From contig CALSMN010000003.1 in NCBI GenBank assembly GCA_943787465.1, positions 65,093 to 129,092 on the forward strand: a stretch of 64,000 nucleotides of DNA, given 5' to 3'. The notes beneath the pieces were generated by a model. The model did not search any database and was not told where the DNA came from. It saw nothing but the letters and a program-made list of their open reading frames with translations. Position numbers and translations under genes: made by a program. Shown in pieces: positions 1 through 8,042 of this stretch (the stretch's first letter is position 1; each line of letters opens with the position of its first letter). This DNA is from an uncultured Bacteroidia bacterium. GTDB taxonomy: Bacteria; Bacteroidota; Bacteroidia; NS11-12g; UBA9320.

Positions 1-771
1 CCTTTTTATGAACAAAAAAATAATGGGGATGTCATAGTAAATAATGGAGATACGATATCCATGAGCATATACATCAAAGATTTTGCGGGGCAGATGGATT
101 CTGTATCTTGGACTATCGTTGGAGATGAACTGGGAAAAGTAATTCCAATACCAGGCCAAGCCTCGTCTGAACAAACACAACGAATAAAAAGTAATTCTTC
201 CATACAATTTCATGAATGGAAGATAGATATACCATCCAAATCATATTATCATCCTTTTGATCTAAAATTAAAAATTAAACCATCAGATTCACAGATGTTG
301 AGTAAGACACTGCAAATGCACTATCCATACACCCTATTGCAGGATTATATTCATATTGCTTATACCGTTCCTAAAGATTGGTTAGTCTACGGAGATCAAT
401 TGTGTGCATTCAGCAAAAGTGGTTCAACCCTCTATTACGAGGGAGGTGCCTTAAAAAAGGGTATGCTAACGTTCAAAACTCGTTCTTTTGGAGAGTATGT
501 AATTGGTTATGATAATGAACCACCAACGATACGTCCAATTACGCTTGGCAAAAATTTTAAATTTATAGTGAAAGATCTATTAAGTGGAATTCAAAGTTTT
601 AACTGTTATATCGATGATAAATGGATTTTAGCATCCTATGAACCCAAAACAAACACAATCTGGGGAGAAATCCCCAATTGGATCAGTCAAGGAGAACATG
701 AATTTAAAATTAGAGTTTCTGACAATCGAAAAAATTCAAATGAATATATGCATAAAGTAATGCTTGATTAA
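1..771 (+). CDS. C-terminal part of a larger protein of unknown function. Reading frame 1 is open from base 1, so the gene starts upstream of the window.
   Basis: There is no stop in frame 1 between nt 1 and the listed ATG at 61, and the ORF runs on to the stop at 771. No motif recognised. Confidence 0.45.
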   Translation, partial: PFYEQKNNGDVIVNNGDTISMSIYIKDFAGQMDSVSWTIVGDELGKVIPIPGQASSEQTQRIKSNSSIQFHEWKIDIPSKSYYHPFDLKLKIKPSDSQMLSKTLQMHYPYTLLQDYIHIAYTVPKDWLVYGDQLCAFSKSGSTLYYEGGALKKGMLTFKTRSFGEYVIGYDNEPPTIRPITLGKNFKFIVKDLLSGIQSFNCYIDDKWILASYEPKTNTIWGEIPNWISQGEHEFKIRVSDNRKNSNEYMHKVMLD

Positions 772-801
772 TCTATTTTTAAAGTTCATTGTTGTAATTA
801 C

Positions 802-1254
802 ATGAGTACGATAAAAAAAGGAGATAATGCTCCACAGTTTCAAGGAAAGAATCAAAAAGGGGAGACGATATCATTAGCAACATATGCAGGTAAAAAGCTG
901 GTGTTGTATTTTTATCCTAAAGATGATACGCCAGGTTGTACAGCCGAAGCCTGTGATTTACGGGACAACTATGATCGTTTTATTCAAGAAGGATACGCTA
1001 TTCTAGGGGTTAGCCCAGATGATGAGAAAAAGCATCAAAAGTTTATCGATAAATATGATTTGCCTTTTGATTTGTTGGCAGACACAGAAAAAGAAACCTG
1101 CGAAATGTATGGGGTATGGGTTAAGAAAAGTATGTATGGAAGAGAATACATGGGTGTTGCGCGTACTACATTTGTTATCAACGAGGATGGCACGATTGAA
1201 GATGTAATAGAAAAGGTAAAAACGAAAGAACATACCAATCAGATTTTAAAATAA
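802..1254 (+). CDS. bcp: Thiol peroxidase / peroxiredoxin, Bcp (bacterioferritin comigratory protein) type
   Basis: KDDTPGCTAEAC peroxidatic-Cys motif, a GVSPD segment and a typical length of about 150 aa. Confidence 0.9.
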   Translation: MSTIKKGDNAPQFQGKNQKGETISLATYAGKKLVLYFYPKDDTPGCTAEACDLRDNYDRFIQEGYAILGVSPDDEKKHQKFIDKYDLPFDLLADTEKETCEMYGVWVKKSMYGREYMGVARTTFVINEDGTIEDVIEKVKTKEHTNQILK

Positions 1255-1285
1255 AAAAAGTGTATTCAATCAGGTATAATTAAAG

Positions 1286-1861
1286 CTAATTCAGTAGCTC
1301 TTTTGCTGAATTCTTCATTGCTTTAAAAAAATTACGCCGAGTTAGGTCGGACTGCCCAGAGATATTTATACTCTTGCCAATAATAGACCGTCTCATTTCT
1401 AAAATTTCTTGCGTAAATTTTTCATTGGAAGTAGCAATCAAATTCATAATATTAAAGTTTAAGTATCCTATTTTTTGATCTAAAAATTCCAATATAAAAC
1501 TATTTGTACCTATTCCTACGGAACTTACAAAAAAGTTAATTTTATGCTCTCTATAATTATTTTCTAAAATATTTTCTATGTTTCTGAGGTGGTATATAAG
1601 GCTGTTACAAACCCGATCTTTGTCTTCTTTAGTTGAAAAAAAACCATTTTCGTTGCAATATTTAATTTGTCTGAGGGTTGAATTTATACCATCCTCTGTC
1701 CATATTTCAGTTTTATTTAATTTGGTATAGTTGTCAATGATTTTTTCTATTGTATGATTTAAATCACCTAAATGATATTTAGCATTTGATTTAGAAAAAT
1801 ATAACCATGTCGATATTGAGATATTTGATAATTTAGGTAGAAGAGTTTGGAATAAGAACAA
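1286..1861 (-). CDS. Hypothetical protein with no recognisable domain. It is an AT-rich orphan ORF that overlaps a decayed T9SS cargo gene remnant.
   Basis: A 191-codon ORF in DNA of about 28% GC, which is statistically unlikely by chance. No signal peptide and no motif recognised. Confidence 0.4.
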   Translation of the reverse strand: MFLFQTLLPKLSNISISTWLYFSKSNAKYHLGDLNHTIEKIIDNYTKLNKTEIWTEDGINSTLRQIKYCNENGFFSTKEDKDRVCNSLIYHLRNIENILENNYREHKINFFVSSVGIGTNSFILEFLDQKIGYLNFNIMNLIATSNEKFTQEILEMRRSIIGKSINISGQSDLTRRNFFKAMKNSAKELLN

Positions 1862-1980
1862 TGCCAGGGGATATGCACATATTAAAAACCTCCCTGCGGG
1901 TAGTTATACTGTGAAATTATCTAATAATAATATTCCTATTATCACCGATAGAATAGTGGTGATTAAGTAGTATTACACTA
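1776..1980 (+). pseudogene. Relic of a T9SS type-A C-terminal sorting domain (Por secretion tail). Only the last approximately 65 codons of a former secreted protein remain.
   Basis: The frame-3 translation VDIEIFDNLGRRVWNKNNARGYAHIKNLPAGSYTVKLSNNNIPIITDRIVVIK-stop fits the CTD consensus (IxIYD..GR.V... L..GxYxVxL ... K). There is no start codon and no upstream body, and the upstream part is overlapped by the minus-strand ORF. Confidence 0.45.
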
Positions 1981-1983
1981 CAC

Positions 1984-2023
1984 CAAAAACCAAAGCCCCG
2001 ATACATGAACGTCGGGGCTTTGG
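1984..2023 (-). terminator. Rho-independent terminator downstream of ssb
   Basis: Perfect stem CAAAGCCCCGA ... TCGGGGCTTTG, followed on the minus strand by a T-run. Confidence 0.7.
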
Positions 2024-2035
2024 TATGTTTAGAAA

Positions 2036-2401
2036 TTAAAATGGAACTTCGTCTGTTTTAATTTTTTCTTTTGGTGAAAGAACTAAAAAGTCAGACGTGA
2101 CAATTTCAGTGATGTATCGGGTGTTCCCTTCGTTATCATCCCAACTCCTATGTGTTAATTTACCTTCAATCATCACTTCTTTCCCTTTTGATAGAAGTTC
2201 CTCCATAAGCGAAGCTGTTTTTCCCCAGGCGATGATGTTGTGCCATTGGGTGTCTTGCACTTTTTCTCCTTTTTGATTCTTGTACGTTTCGTTAGTGGCT
2301 AATGTAAATTTAGCTACTTTTTTGCCTCCATCTAGCTCTTTTACTTCTGGATTCATACCAAGGTTACCGATCAGTTGTACTTTGTTTTTTAATGCGTTCA
2401 T
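2036..2401 (-). CDS. ssb: Single-stranded DNA-binding protein
   Basis: OB-fold SSB pattern (LIGNLG ... W ... G) and an acidic C-terminal tail ending DEVPF. Confidence 0.9.
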   Translation of the reverse strand: MNALKNKVQLIGNLGMNPEVKELDGGKKVAKFTLATNETYKNQKGEKVQDTQWHNIIAWGKTASLMEELLSKGKEVMIEGKLTHRSWDDNEGNTRYITEIVTSDFLVLSPKEKIKTDEVPF

Positions 2402-2530
2402 AATAATTTTTTAAATTAAATGGTTAGTGTTAAGTGTCCTTTGTTGGACGATTATTATATGTAGTTAATTCTGTTGCTCCTTTCGAACAACACTACAAAG
2501 AGAATACCGCTGCCAATGAATCATCGAATT

Positions 2531-2571
2531 TTAAGTGCTTACTTACGTTTATAATCGCTTGCAAGTGCTTA
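2531..2571. promoter_or_regulatory. Direct repeat AAGTGCTTAC, two copies 30 nt apart, in the divergent ssb / SIMPL intergenic region. Candidate operator.
   Basis: tAAGTGCTTAC at 2531-2541 and cAAGTGCTTAC at 2561-2571. The second copy overlaps an 8-bp palindrome CTTGCAAG. Confidence 0.3.
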
Positions 2572-2612
2572 CAAAACACTAATTTAAAATAACATTGTAA
2601 ATTTGTTTATTC

Positions 2613-3344
2613 ATGAATCAGTATAAAAACACATTAATTATCGGATTATCCATCATGGTATCCTCCTTTATTTTAGGACAAGCTTATTTAAATCGAAACA
2701 AAACGCAAGGGGAAATTCAAGTGAAAGGTTTAGGAAGTAAAAACTTTACCTCAGATTTAATCATTTGGGAAGGCCAATTTGGTGTTCAACATATCGATAT
2801 CAAACAGGCCTATGCATCACTTGAACAAAGTAGATTGAAGGTAAATCAGTATTTAAAAGACAAAGAAATTGATGTAAATCAACTCATTTATAGTGCAGTA
2901 AATACTCGAAAAATAACAAAATCACTTTATTCTTCAAAAGGCGATTATGTTGGAGATGAGTTTGTGGGATATGAATTAAAACAATCGGTTAAAATAGAAT
3001 CTAATGAAGTAGAAAAAGTGGAACGAATTGCTCGAGAAATTACAGAAATTTTGAATCAAGGTGTTGAATTTTATTCTGAGTCACCAAGGTATTATTACAC
3101 AAAATTAGCAGATTTAAAAGTAGAGATGATTTCTAAAGCAACTGAAGATGCTCGTTTACGCGCAGAGCGAATAGCTCAATTTTCGGGTGGAGATATGGGA
3201 AATTTAGAGTCTGCCAGAATGGGTGTTTTTCAGATTACGGGTCAAAATTCTGAGGAAGATTATTCATGGGGAGGAACCTATAATACCTCATCCAAGGAAA
3301 AAACAGCTTCTATAACCATGATTCTGGTGTTTCAAGTGGATTAG
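2613..3344 (+). CDS. SIMPL-domain (DUF541) periplasmic protein
   Basis: N-terminal signal/TM segment and the overall pattern of SIMPL / 26-kDa periplasmic immunogenic protein family members. Assigned by pattern recall. Confidence 0.6.
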   Translation: MNQYKNTLIIGLSIMVSSFILGQAYLNRNKTQGEIQVKGLGSKNFTSDLIIWEGQFGVQHIDIKQAYASLEQSRLKVNQYLKDKEIDVNQLIYSAVNTRKITKSLYSSKGDYVGDEFVGYELKQSVKIESNEVEKVERIAREITEILNQGVEFYSESPRYYYTKLADLKVEMISKATEDARLRAERIAQFSGGDMGNLESARMGVFQITGQNSEEDYSWGGTYNTSSKEKTASITMILVFQVD

Positions 3345-3376
3345 GTACAACTATTTATAGTTTCTAAATTTTGATA

Positions 3377-3416
3377 CAAAAAAATCCCCAAGCATTGCTT
3401 GAGGATTCTTTTGAAT
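3377..3416. terminator. Bidirectional rho-independent terminator between the SIMPL gene (+) and tonB (-)
   Basis: Stem ATCCCCAAGC / GCTTGAGGAT (one mismatch) flanked by an A-run on one side and a T-run on the other. Confidence 0.6.
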
Positions 3417-3434
3417 GATATACTACTAGTCTGC

Positions 3435-4112
3435 TTAAAATATCTGAAATTTCACCGGAATTCTAAATCGCATATTTACAGATTTGTCTCTTTGTTTTGC
3501 AGGTATCCAACGGCCTGATGTCATCTTGATAACACGGATGGCTTCGTCTTCTAAACCAAATCCTCTTTTTCGTCCCAAAATGGCAACGTCTTTTACTTTT
3601 CCTGTTTTATCTACAACAAACATGACGTTGACAGTTCCTTGGATGTCATTTTCAAGAGCCATGGGTGGGAAAGTGATGTTTTCAGCAATGAATCGTTGAA
3701 GTCCTGCATCTCCGCCTGGGAATGAAGCCTTTTCAGAAACATCAAATATTTCAAATACTTCATTGGTCTCTTCAGGTTCATCGTCTTCCTGTTCATAGAG
3801 GTCCATTTCAGTATCTTGATCTATTTCATTATCTTCAATTTCAGGCTGTTCTTCTTCAATTTCTTCATCATCTTCTACTACCTCAATTTCAGGCGGTGGT
3901 GGCGGTGGAGGTGGTTTTTTTTCTTGCACTGTATTTTCCGTAACGACCAAGTCTTCTTCAATAATGATGTTATCTAACTCTTCTGGTTTTTCATCATAAA
4001 CAGTATATGAAAAAGCGCCAAAAACGATAACTAATGAGAAAGCAAGACCCGTTAGGAAAAAATCAATCTTTTTATTTTTTAATTCAGGTTGTGGATACTT
4101 TTTTACTTCCAT
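3435..4112 (-). CDS. tonB: Energy transducer TonB
   Basis: N-terminal TM anchor, a run of 10 Pro plus an acidic EIEEE linker, and a C-terminal TonB domain (GTVNVMFVVDKTGKV ... R). Confidence 0.85.
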   Translation of the reverse strand: MEVKKYPQPELKNKKIDFFLTGLAFSLVIVFGAFSYTVYDEKPEELDNIIIEEDLVVTENTVQEKKPPPPPPPPEIEVVEDDEEIEEEQPEIEDNEIDQDTEMDLYEQEDDEPEETNEVFEIFDVSEKASFPGGDAGLQRFIAENITFPPMALENDIQGTVNVMFVVDKTGKVKDVAILGRKRGFGLEDEAIRVIKMTSGRWIPAKQRDKSVNMRFRIPVKFQIF

Positions 4113-4151
4113 ACGTTTGTAGTTTCAAAATTAATCTAAAATATTTATTAC

Positions 4152-4553
4152 TTAATTACCATTTTGCCTAAAAGGTAAATAGTTTTTTTTTAACGCTTTT
4201 TTATCACATATTATTTTGTAGGATATTCCTCCTAATAGAACCCCTACCGTATTCGCTATCATGTCATCGTATGCTAAAGTTCGACCTAATTTCATTACGG
4301 ATTGAGCCCATTCAATACCGATGCCAAATAAGATGCAAATTAGGAGTAGACGAAATAATTGGAATTGGTGTATGAAGTTACTCAGGCTCCACAAGACAAC
4401 TAGTACCCCATAGAGTAAGAGATGGATGATTTTATCCAGTCCCACAAAATTATAGGTAGTCATCGGACTAAAAACTTTTGCTGGCAAAAGACAGGAAGTG
4501 CAAATGAGTAGAGTCCAAAGTATCGCCATGTAGGAAGCTCTGTTGAGCCTCAT
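4152..4553 (-). CDS. VanZ-like family membrane protein
   Basis: Four TM helices and the DKxxH ... E..Q ... D..N..G pattern typical of VanZ. Confidence 0.55.
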   Translation of the reverse strand: MRLNRASYMAILWTLLICTSCLLPAKVFSPMTTYNFVGLDKIIHLLLYGVLVVLWSLSNFIHQFQLFRLLLICILFGIGIEWAQSVMKLGRTLAYDDMIANTVGVLLGGISYKIICDKKALKKNYLPFRQNGN

Positions 4554-4555
4554 AT

Positions 4556-4936
4556 TTAGTGACCGATGAGTTCTTTGTAGGTTTCAGCATCCATCAAATG
4601 ATCTATTTCGGACAGATTAGAAGCTTTTACTTTAATCATCCACCCTTTTTCATAAGGAGATTCATTTACATTTTCTGGAGCATCCTCTAAATCAGCATTC
4701 ACTGCTACAATTTCGCCGCTGATAGGCATATACAAATCAGAAACAGTCTTGACGGCTTCGATAGTACCAAATACTTCATTTTGAGCAAATGATTCACCTT
4801 CGGTTTCTATTTCAACAAAAACAATATCACCCAATTCACTCTGGGCAAATTCTGTAACTCCAATCGTTGCGGTATCACCTTCTATAGATACCCACTCATG
4901 TTCTTTAGTGTATTTTAGATTTTCTGGGAAATTCAT
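4556..4936 (-). CDS. gcvH: Glycine cleavage system H protein
   Basis: YTKEHEW ... GITEFAQ ... VEAVKTVSDLYMP, including the lipoyl-lysine region. Length 126 aa. Confidence 0.9.
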   Translation of the reverse strand: MNFPENLKYTKEHEWVSIEGDTATIGVTEFAQSELGDIVFVEIETEGESFAQNEVFGTIEAVKTVSDLYMPISGEIVAVNADLEDAPENVNESPYEKGWMIKVKASNLSEIDHLMDAETYKELIGH

Positions 4937-4959
4937 GATATAACTATTTTTTTATAATG

Positions 4960-5820
4960 TTAATTTAACTTTTTATGTGTTCCAAGTATATGGATTACTG
5001 TAAATAATTTTTCTTTTAAATCTTTACGTTCTACAATGAAATCAATAAATCCTTTTTCTTTTAAAAACTCAGATCGCTGAAATCCATCGGGAAGATCTTT
5101 TCCAATGGTTTCTTTAATTACGCGTGGCCCTGCAAAACCAATAAGTGCATTGGGCTCAGCAATATTTATATCGCCCAACATAGCAAATGATGCAGTTATC
5201 CCACCTGTTGTTGGATCAGTGAGTACAGATATATAGGGCAATTTCTCTTCAGCTAATAGAGCTAGCTTTGCAGAGGTTTTAGCCATTTGCATAAGAGAAA
5301 ATGCAGCTTCCATCATTCGTGCTCCACCACTTTTAGATATGATAATTAGGGGAATTTTTAATTCTAGTGCCTTATCAATTGCACGAGCAATTTTTTCGCC
5401 AACGACTGAACCCATGGATCCACCAATAAATGAGAAATCCATCACAGCCATGGATACTTTTAAGCCATTTATTTTACCTGTGGCTGTTCTTACGGCATCG
5501 GTAAGACCACTTTTTGCTTGAGAAGCAATTATTCGATCAGGATATGGTTTTGTGTCTTCAAAATTAAGGGGATCGCTAGAACTCAGATTTGCATCCAATT
5601 CTTGGAATTTTTCATTGTCAAATAAAAGTGCAAAATATTCCTTAGAGCCTATTCGCTCATGGTGATTGCAAAATGGACAAACACATAAATTAGTTTCGAA
5701 TTCTTTTGTGCTTGTCGGTTGTTTACATTCCTTGCACTTGTACCATAAACCGTCTGGTGTAGGTTTTTTATCTTTTGTTTCGGTTCGTATTCCTTCCTTT
5801 ACACGCTTAAACCAACTCAT
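4960..5820 (-). CDS. accD: Acetyl-CoA carboxylase carboxyltransferase subunit beta
   Basis: N-terminal C4 zinc ribbon (CKECK ... CPFCNHH) and a carboxyltransferase domain (GGSMG, GGARMME). Confidence 0.9.
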   Translation of the reverse strand: MSWFKRVKEGIRTETKDKKPTPDGLWYKCKECKQPTSTKEFETNLCVCPFCNHHERIGSKEYFALLFDNEKFQELDANLSSSDPLNFEDTKPYPDRIIASQAKSGLTDAVRTATGKINGLKVSMAVMDFSFIGGSMGSVVGEKIARAIDKALELKIPLIIISKSGGARMMEAAFSLMQMAKTSAKLALLAEEKLPYISVLTDPTTGGITASFAMLGDINIAEPNALIGFAGPRVIKETIGKDLPDGFQRSEFLKEKGFIDFIVERKDLKEKLFTVIHILGTHKKLN

Positions 5821-5893
5821 ATTGTATGATGTTTTTCATTACAAATTAATGCAAAATAGCAGAGCAAATGTACATTTTTTTTAATAGCTACCT

Positions 5894-6340
5894 TTGTATT
5901 TTATGGATAATGAAATAATTGTTAAAGTGGCTCAGACTCCTGAATCCATGGAAGCCATTTTTGAGGTACGGAGAAAAGTATTTGTCTTGGAGCAAAATGT
6001 TAGCGAGGAAGAAGAATATGATGAATATGAGCATTCGAGTACACATCTTTTTGCCTCAGTCAATAATCAAATTGTGGGTACTTGTAGGTACAGATCTACC
6101 TCATTAGGAGTAAAACTTGAAAGGTTTGCCGTACTTCAAGATTTTCGTTCCATGCATGTTGGAAGTGCATTGTTATCCTATGCTTTAGAGAAATTGGATA
6201 ATCGTGTAAATATTTATTTACACGCACAAATTCAAGTGGTAGATTTTTATAAAAAATTTGGCTTTACTCCCGAAGGAGATCAATTCACTGAGGCCAATAT
6301 TCAGCACTTTAAAATGGGATATTCGCCCACTCGTCGATAG
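5894..6340 (+). CDS. GNAT family N-acetyltransferase
   Basis: Acetyl-CoA binding motif region (LERFAVLQDFRSMHVGSALL) and a size of about 148 aa. Confidence 0.75.
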   Translation: MYFMDNEIIVKVAQTPESMEAIFEVRRKVFVLEQNVSEEEEYDEYEHSSTHLFASVNNQIVGTCRYRSTSLGVKLERFAVLQDFRSMHVGSALLSYALEKLDNRVNIYLHAQIQVVDFYKKFGFTPEGDQFTEANIQHFKMGYSPTRR

Positions 6341-6382
6341 TATGATGACTCTTTTTTACAAATCGATATCTTTGCCGTAGCA

Positions 6383-7390
6383 ATGAAAAAAATACTCGTT
6401 ACAGGTGGACTGGGTTATATTGGAAGTCATACTGTAGTAGAATTACAAGAAGCGGGCTATGAAGTGGTCGTCATTGATAATTTAGACAATTCATCCCTTG
6501 AAATAAAAAACAGGATTGAAAAAATATCGGGATGTACCCTTGAGGTGATTGTATCTGACATTAATAATGAAGACGTTTTAGATGAGGTGTTTGAAACCTA
6601 TAGATTTGATGGTGTAATCCATTTTGCAGCATACAAAGCTGTGGGGGAATCTGTAGAAAATCCTATAAAGTACTATCGGAATAATATTGGGGGTTTGATT
6701 CAAATATTGGCTGCAATGCAAAAACATGAAGTTTCGAATTTGATTTTTTCGTCGAGTTGTACGGTATATGGTGTCGCTAAAGAATTGCCTGTAACCGAAA
6801 ATACCCCTATTCAGTTGGCCGAGAGTCCCTATGGGACGACTAAAATTATGGGAGAAGAATTGATTCAAGATTTCATTCAATACCAATCTATAAAGGCAGT
6901 TTTACTTCGTTATTTTAACCCTGTGGGAGCTCATCCTAGTGCCTTGATTGGAGAATTACCCAACGGTGTTCCCAGTAATTTAGTTCCTTATATTACTCAG
7001 ACAGCAGCCGGTATTCGGGAGCAGTTGACCGTACATGGCAACGATTATAATACCGAGGATGGATCGTGTATTCGGGACTATATACATGTTGTAGATTTGG
7101 CAAAAGCGCATGTTAAAGCGTTGGCATACGCTGAGACAATGAAGGATAAGGTAGAGGTTTTCAATGTGGGAACAGGAAACGGAACTTCAGTTTTAGAAAT
7201 AATTCGTGCTTTTGAGCAACAGTGTAATCTAAAATTAAACTACAGGATTGGTCCACGGAGAGAGGGTGATGTTGAGCAAATATTTGCAGATACTACCAAG
7301 ATCAAAAAAGCACTTAAATGGGAGGCCGATTATGGAATTGAAGAAATGATGTACCATGCTTGGATGTGGCAAAAAAATATTCCGACATAA
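6383..7390 (+). CDS. galE: UDP-glucose 4-epimerase
   Basis: TGGLGYIGSH Rossmann motif and YxxxK in an SDR extended-family layout. 335 aa. Confidence 0.9.
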   Translation: MKKILVTGGLGYIGSHTVVELQEAGYEVVVIDNLDNSSLEIKNRIEKISGCTLEVIVSDINNEDVLDEVFETYRFDGVIHFAAYKAVGESVENPIKYYRNNIGGLIQILAAMQKHEVSNLIFSSSCTVYGVAKELPVTENTPIQLAESPYGTTKIMGEELIQDFIQYQSIKAVLLRYFNPVGAHPSALIGELPNGVPSNLVPYITQTAAGIREQLTVHGNDYNTEDGSCIRDYIHVVDLAKAHVKALAYAETMKDKVEVFNVGTGNGTSVLEIIRAFEQQCNLKLNYRIGPRREGDVEQIFADTTKIKKALKWEADYGIEEMMYHAWMWQKNIPT

Positions 7391-7465
7391 AAAAAATATG
7401 TTTTTACCCAACCTTTTTTTGAAAGCTCTCGTATATGAAGGTACTAAACTTAAAATATATACATT

Positions 7466-8042
7466 ATGAAATTTATTAAATCAACTTTTTTGACGGCTTT
7501 GCTCACCATAATTGGGGGAGCTGTTTACGCTGGGTGCGTAGCAGATGCATCTTACACACAAAATGGATCAACCTTTGATTTTGTAGGGGATTCAGTCTAC
7601 ATCAGTCTATGGTTACACATGTAGTTGGGATTTTGGAGATGGTTCTTCTAGTTCCTTGAGAAATGTTAGTCATACTTATGCTTCTTTAGGCACGTATGAT
7701 GTAATTTTCTCCATTCGAGACACGGTTTCAGACTGTAGAGATACTCTATTATTGAAAGTAATTGTCACTGAAATTGAAAATGACCATCAAGTGTCATTTA
7801 ATGCTGGGGAGTCTCATATTCAAGAACAAGATTTAAGAGCCCTGTTGCGAGCCTTACCTAAAGTGACCCAAAAGGTATTTAACCTATTTGCGATAGATGG
7901 TTTTAAACATCGGGAGATAAGCGATTATTTGGGAATAACAGAAGGTGCCAGCAAATGGCACGTGAATGAAGCTCGAAAAAAATTAAAAGGAATGCTTGAA
8001 AAACAAGCAGATTTAGAAAAAAAAGTGTTGAAGCAAAATTGA
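7466..8042 (+). pseudogene. Degraded chimeric locus. A signal peptide plus PKD-domain fragment, frameshifted near 7585-7600, is fused in frame to only region 4 (the C-terminal approximately 70 aa) of an ECF sigma-70 factor.
   Basis: ORF 7466-7621 encodes MKFIKSTFLTALLTIIGGAVYAGC (signal). The frame-0 ORF from 7587 reads YTCSWDFGDGSSSSLRNVSHTYASLGTYDVIFSIRDTVSDC (PKD consensus), then ALP..QKVF.L..IDG...EIS..LGI..G..K....AR.KL (sigma region 4). Sigma region 2 is absent. Confidence 0.5.

Noticed and set aside
1003-1238. Three short ORFs (62-76 aa) on both strands inside bcp
   Set aside because: They are entirely nested within a well-supported peroxiredoxin gene, in alternative or antisense frames, with no motifs. 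Typical spurious overlaps.
3850-3920. Poly-proline / acidic repeat tract considered as a simple-sequence repeat or mobile-element scar
   Set aside because: It is the normal Pro-rich periplasm-spanning linker of TonB and is in frame.
3484-3943. Antisense or alternate-frame ORFs (61-73 aa) within tonB, including ones opposite the Pro/Glu-rich linker
   Set aside because: The low-complexity PPPPPPPPPP/EEE coding region generates long open frames on the opposite strand. No independent support.
5339-6107. Short ORFs antisense to accD and overlapping the GNAT gene (5339-5521, 5666-5884, 5919-6107)
   Set aside because: Nested or overlapping in alternate frames of confidently assigned genes.
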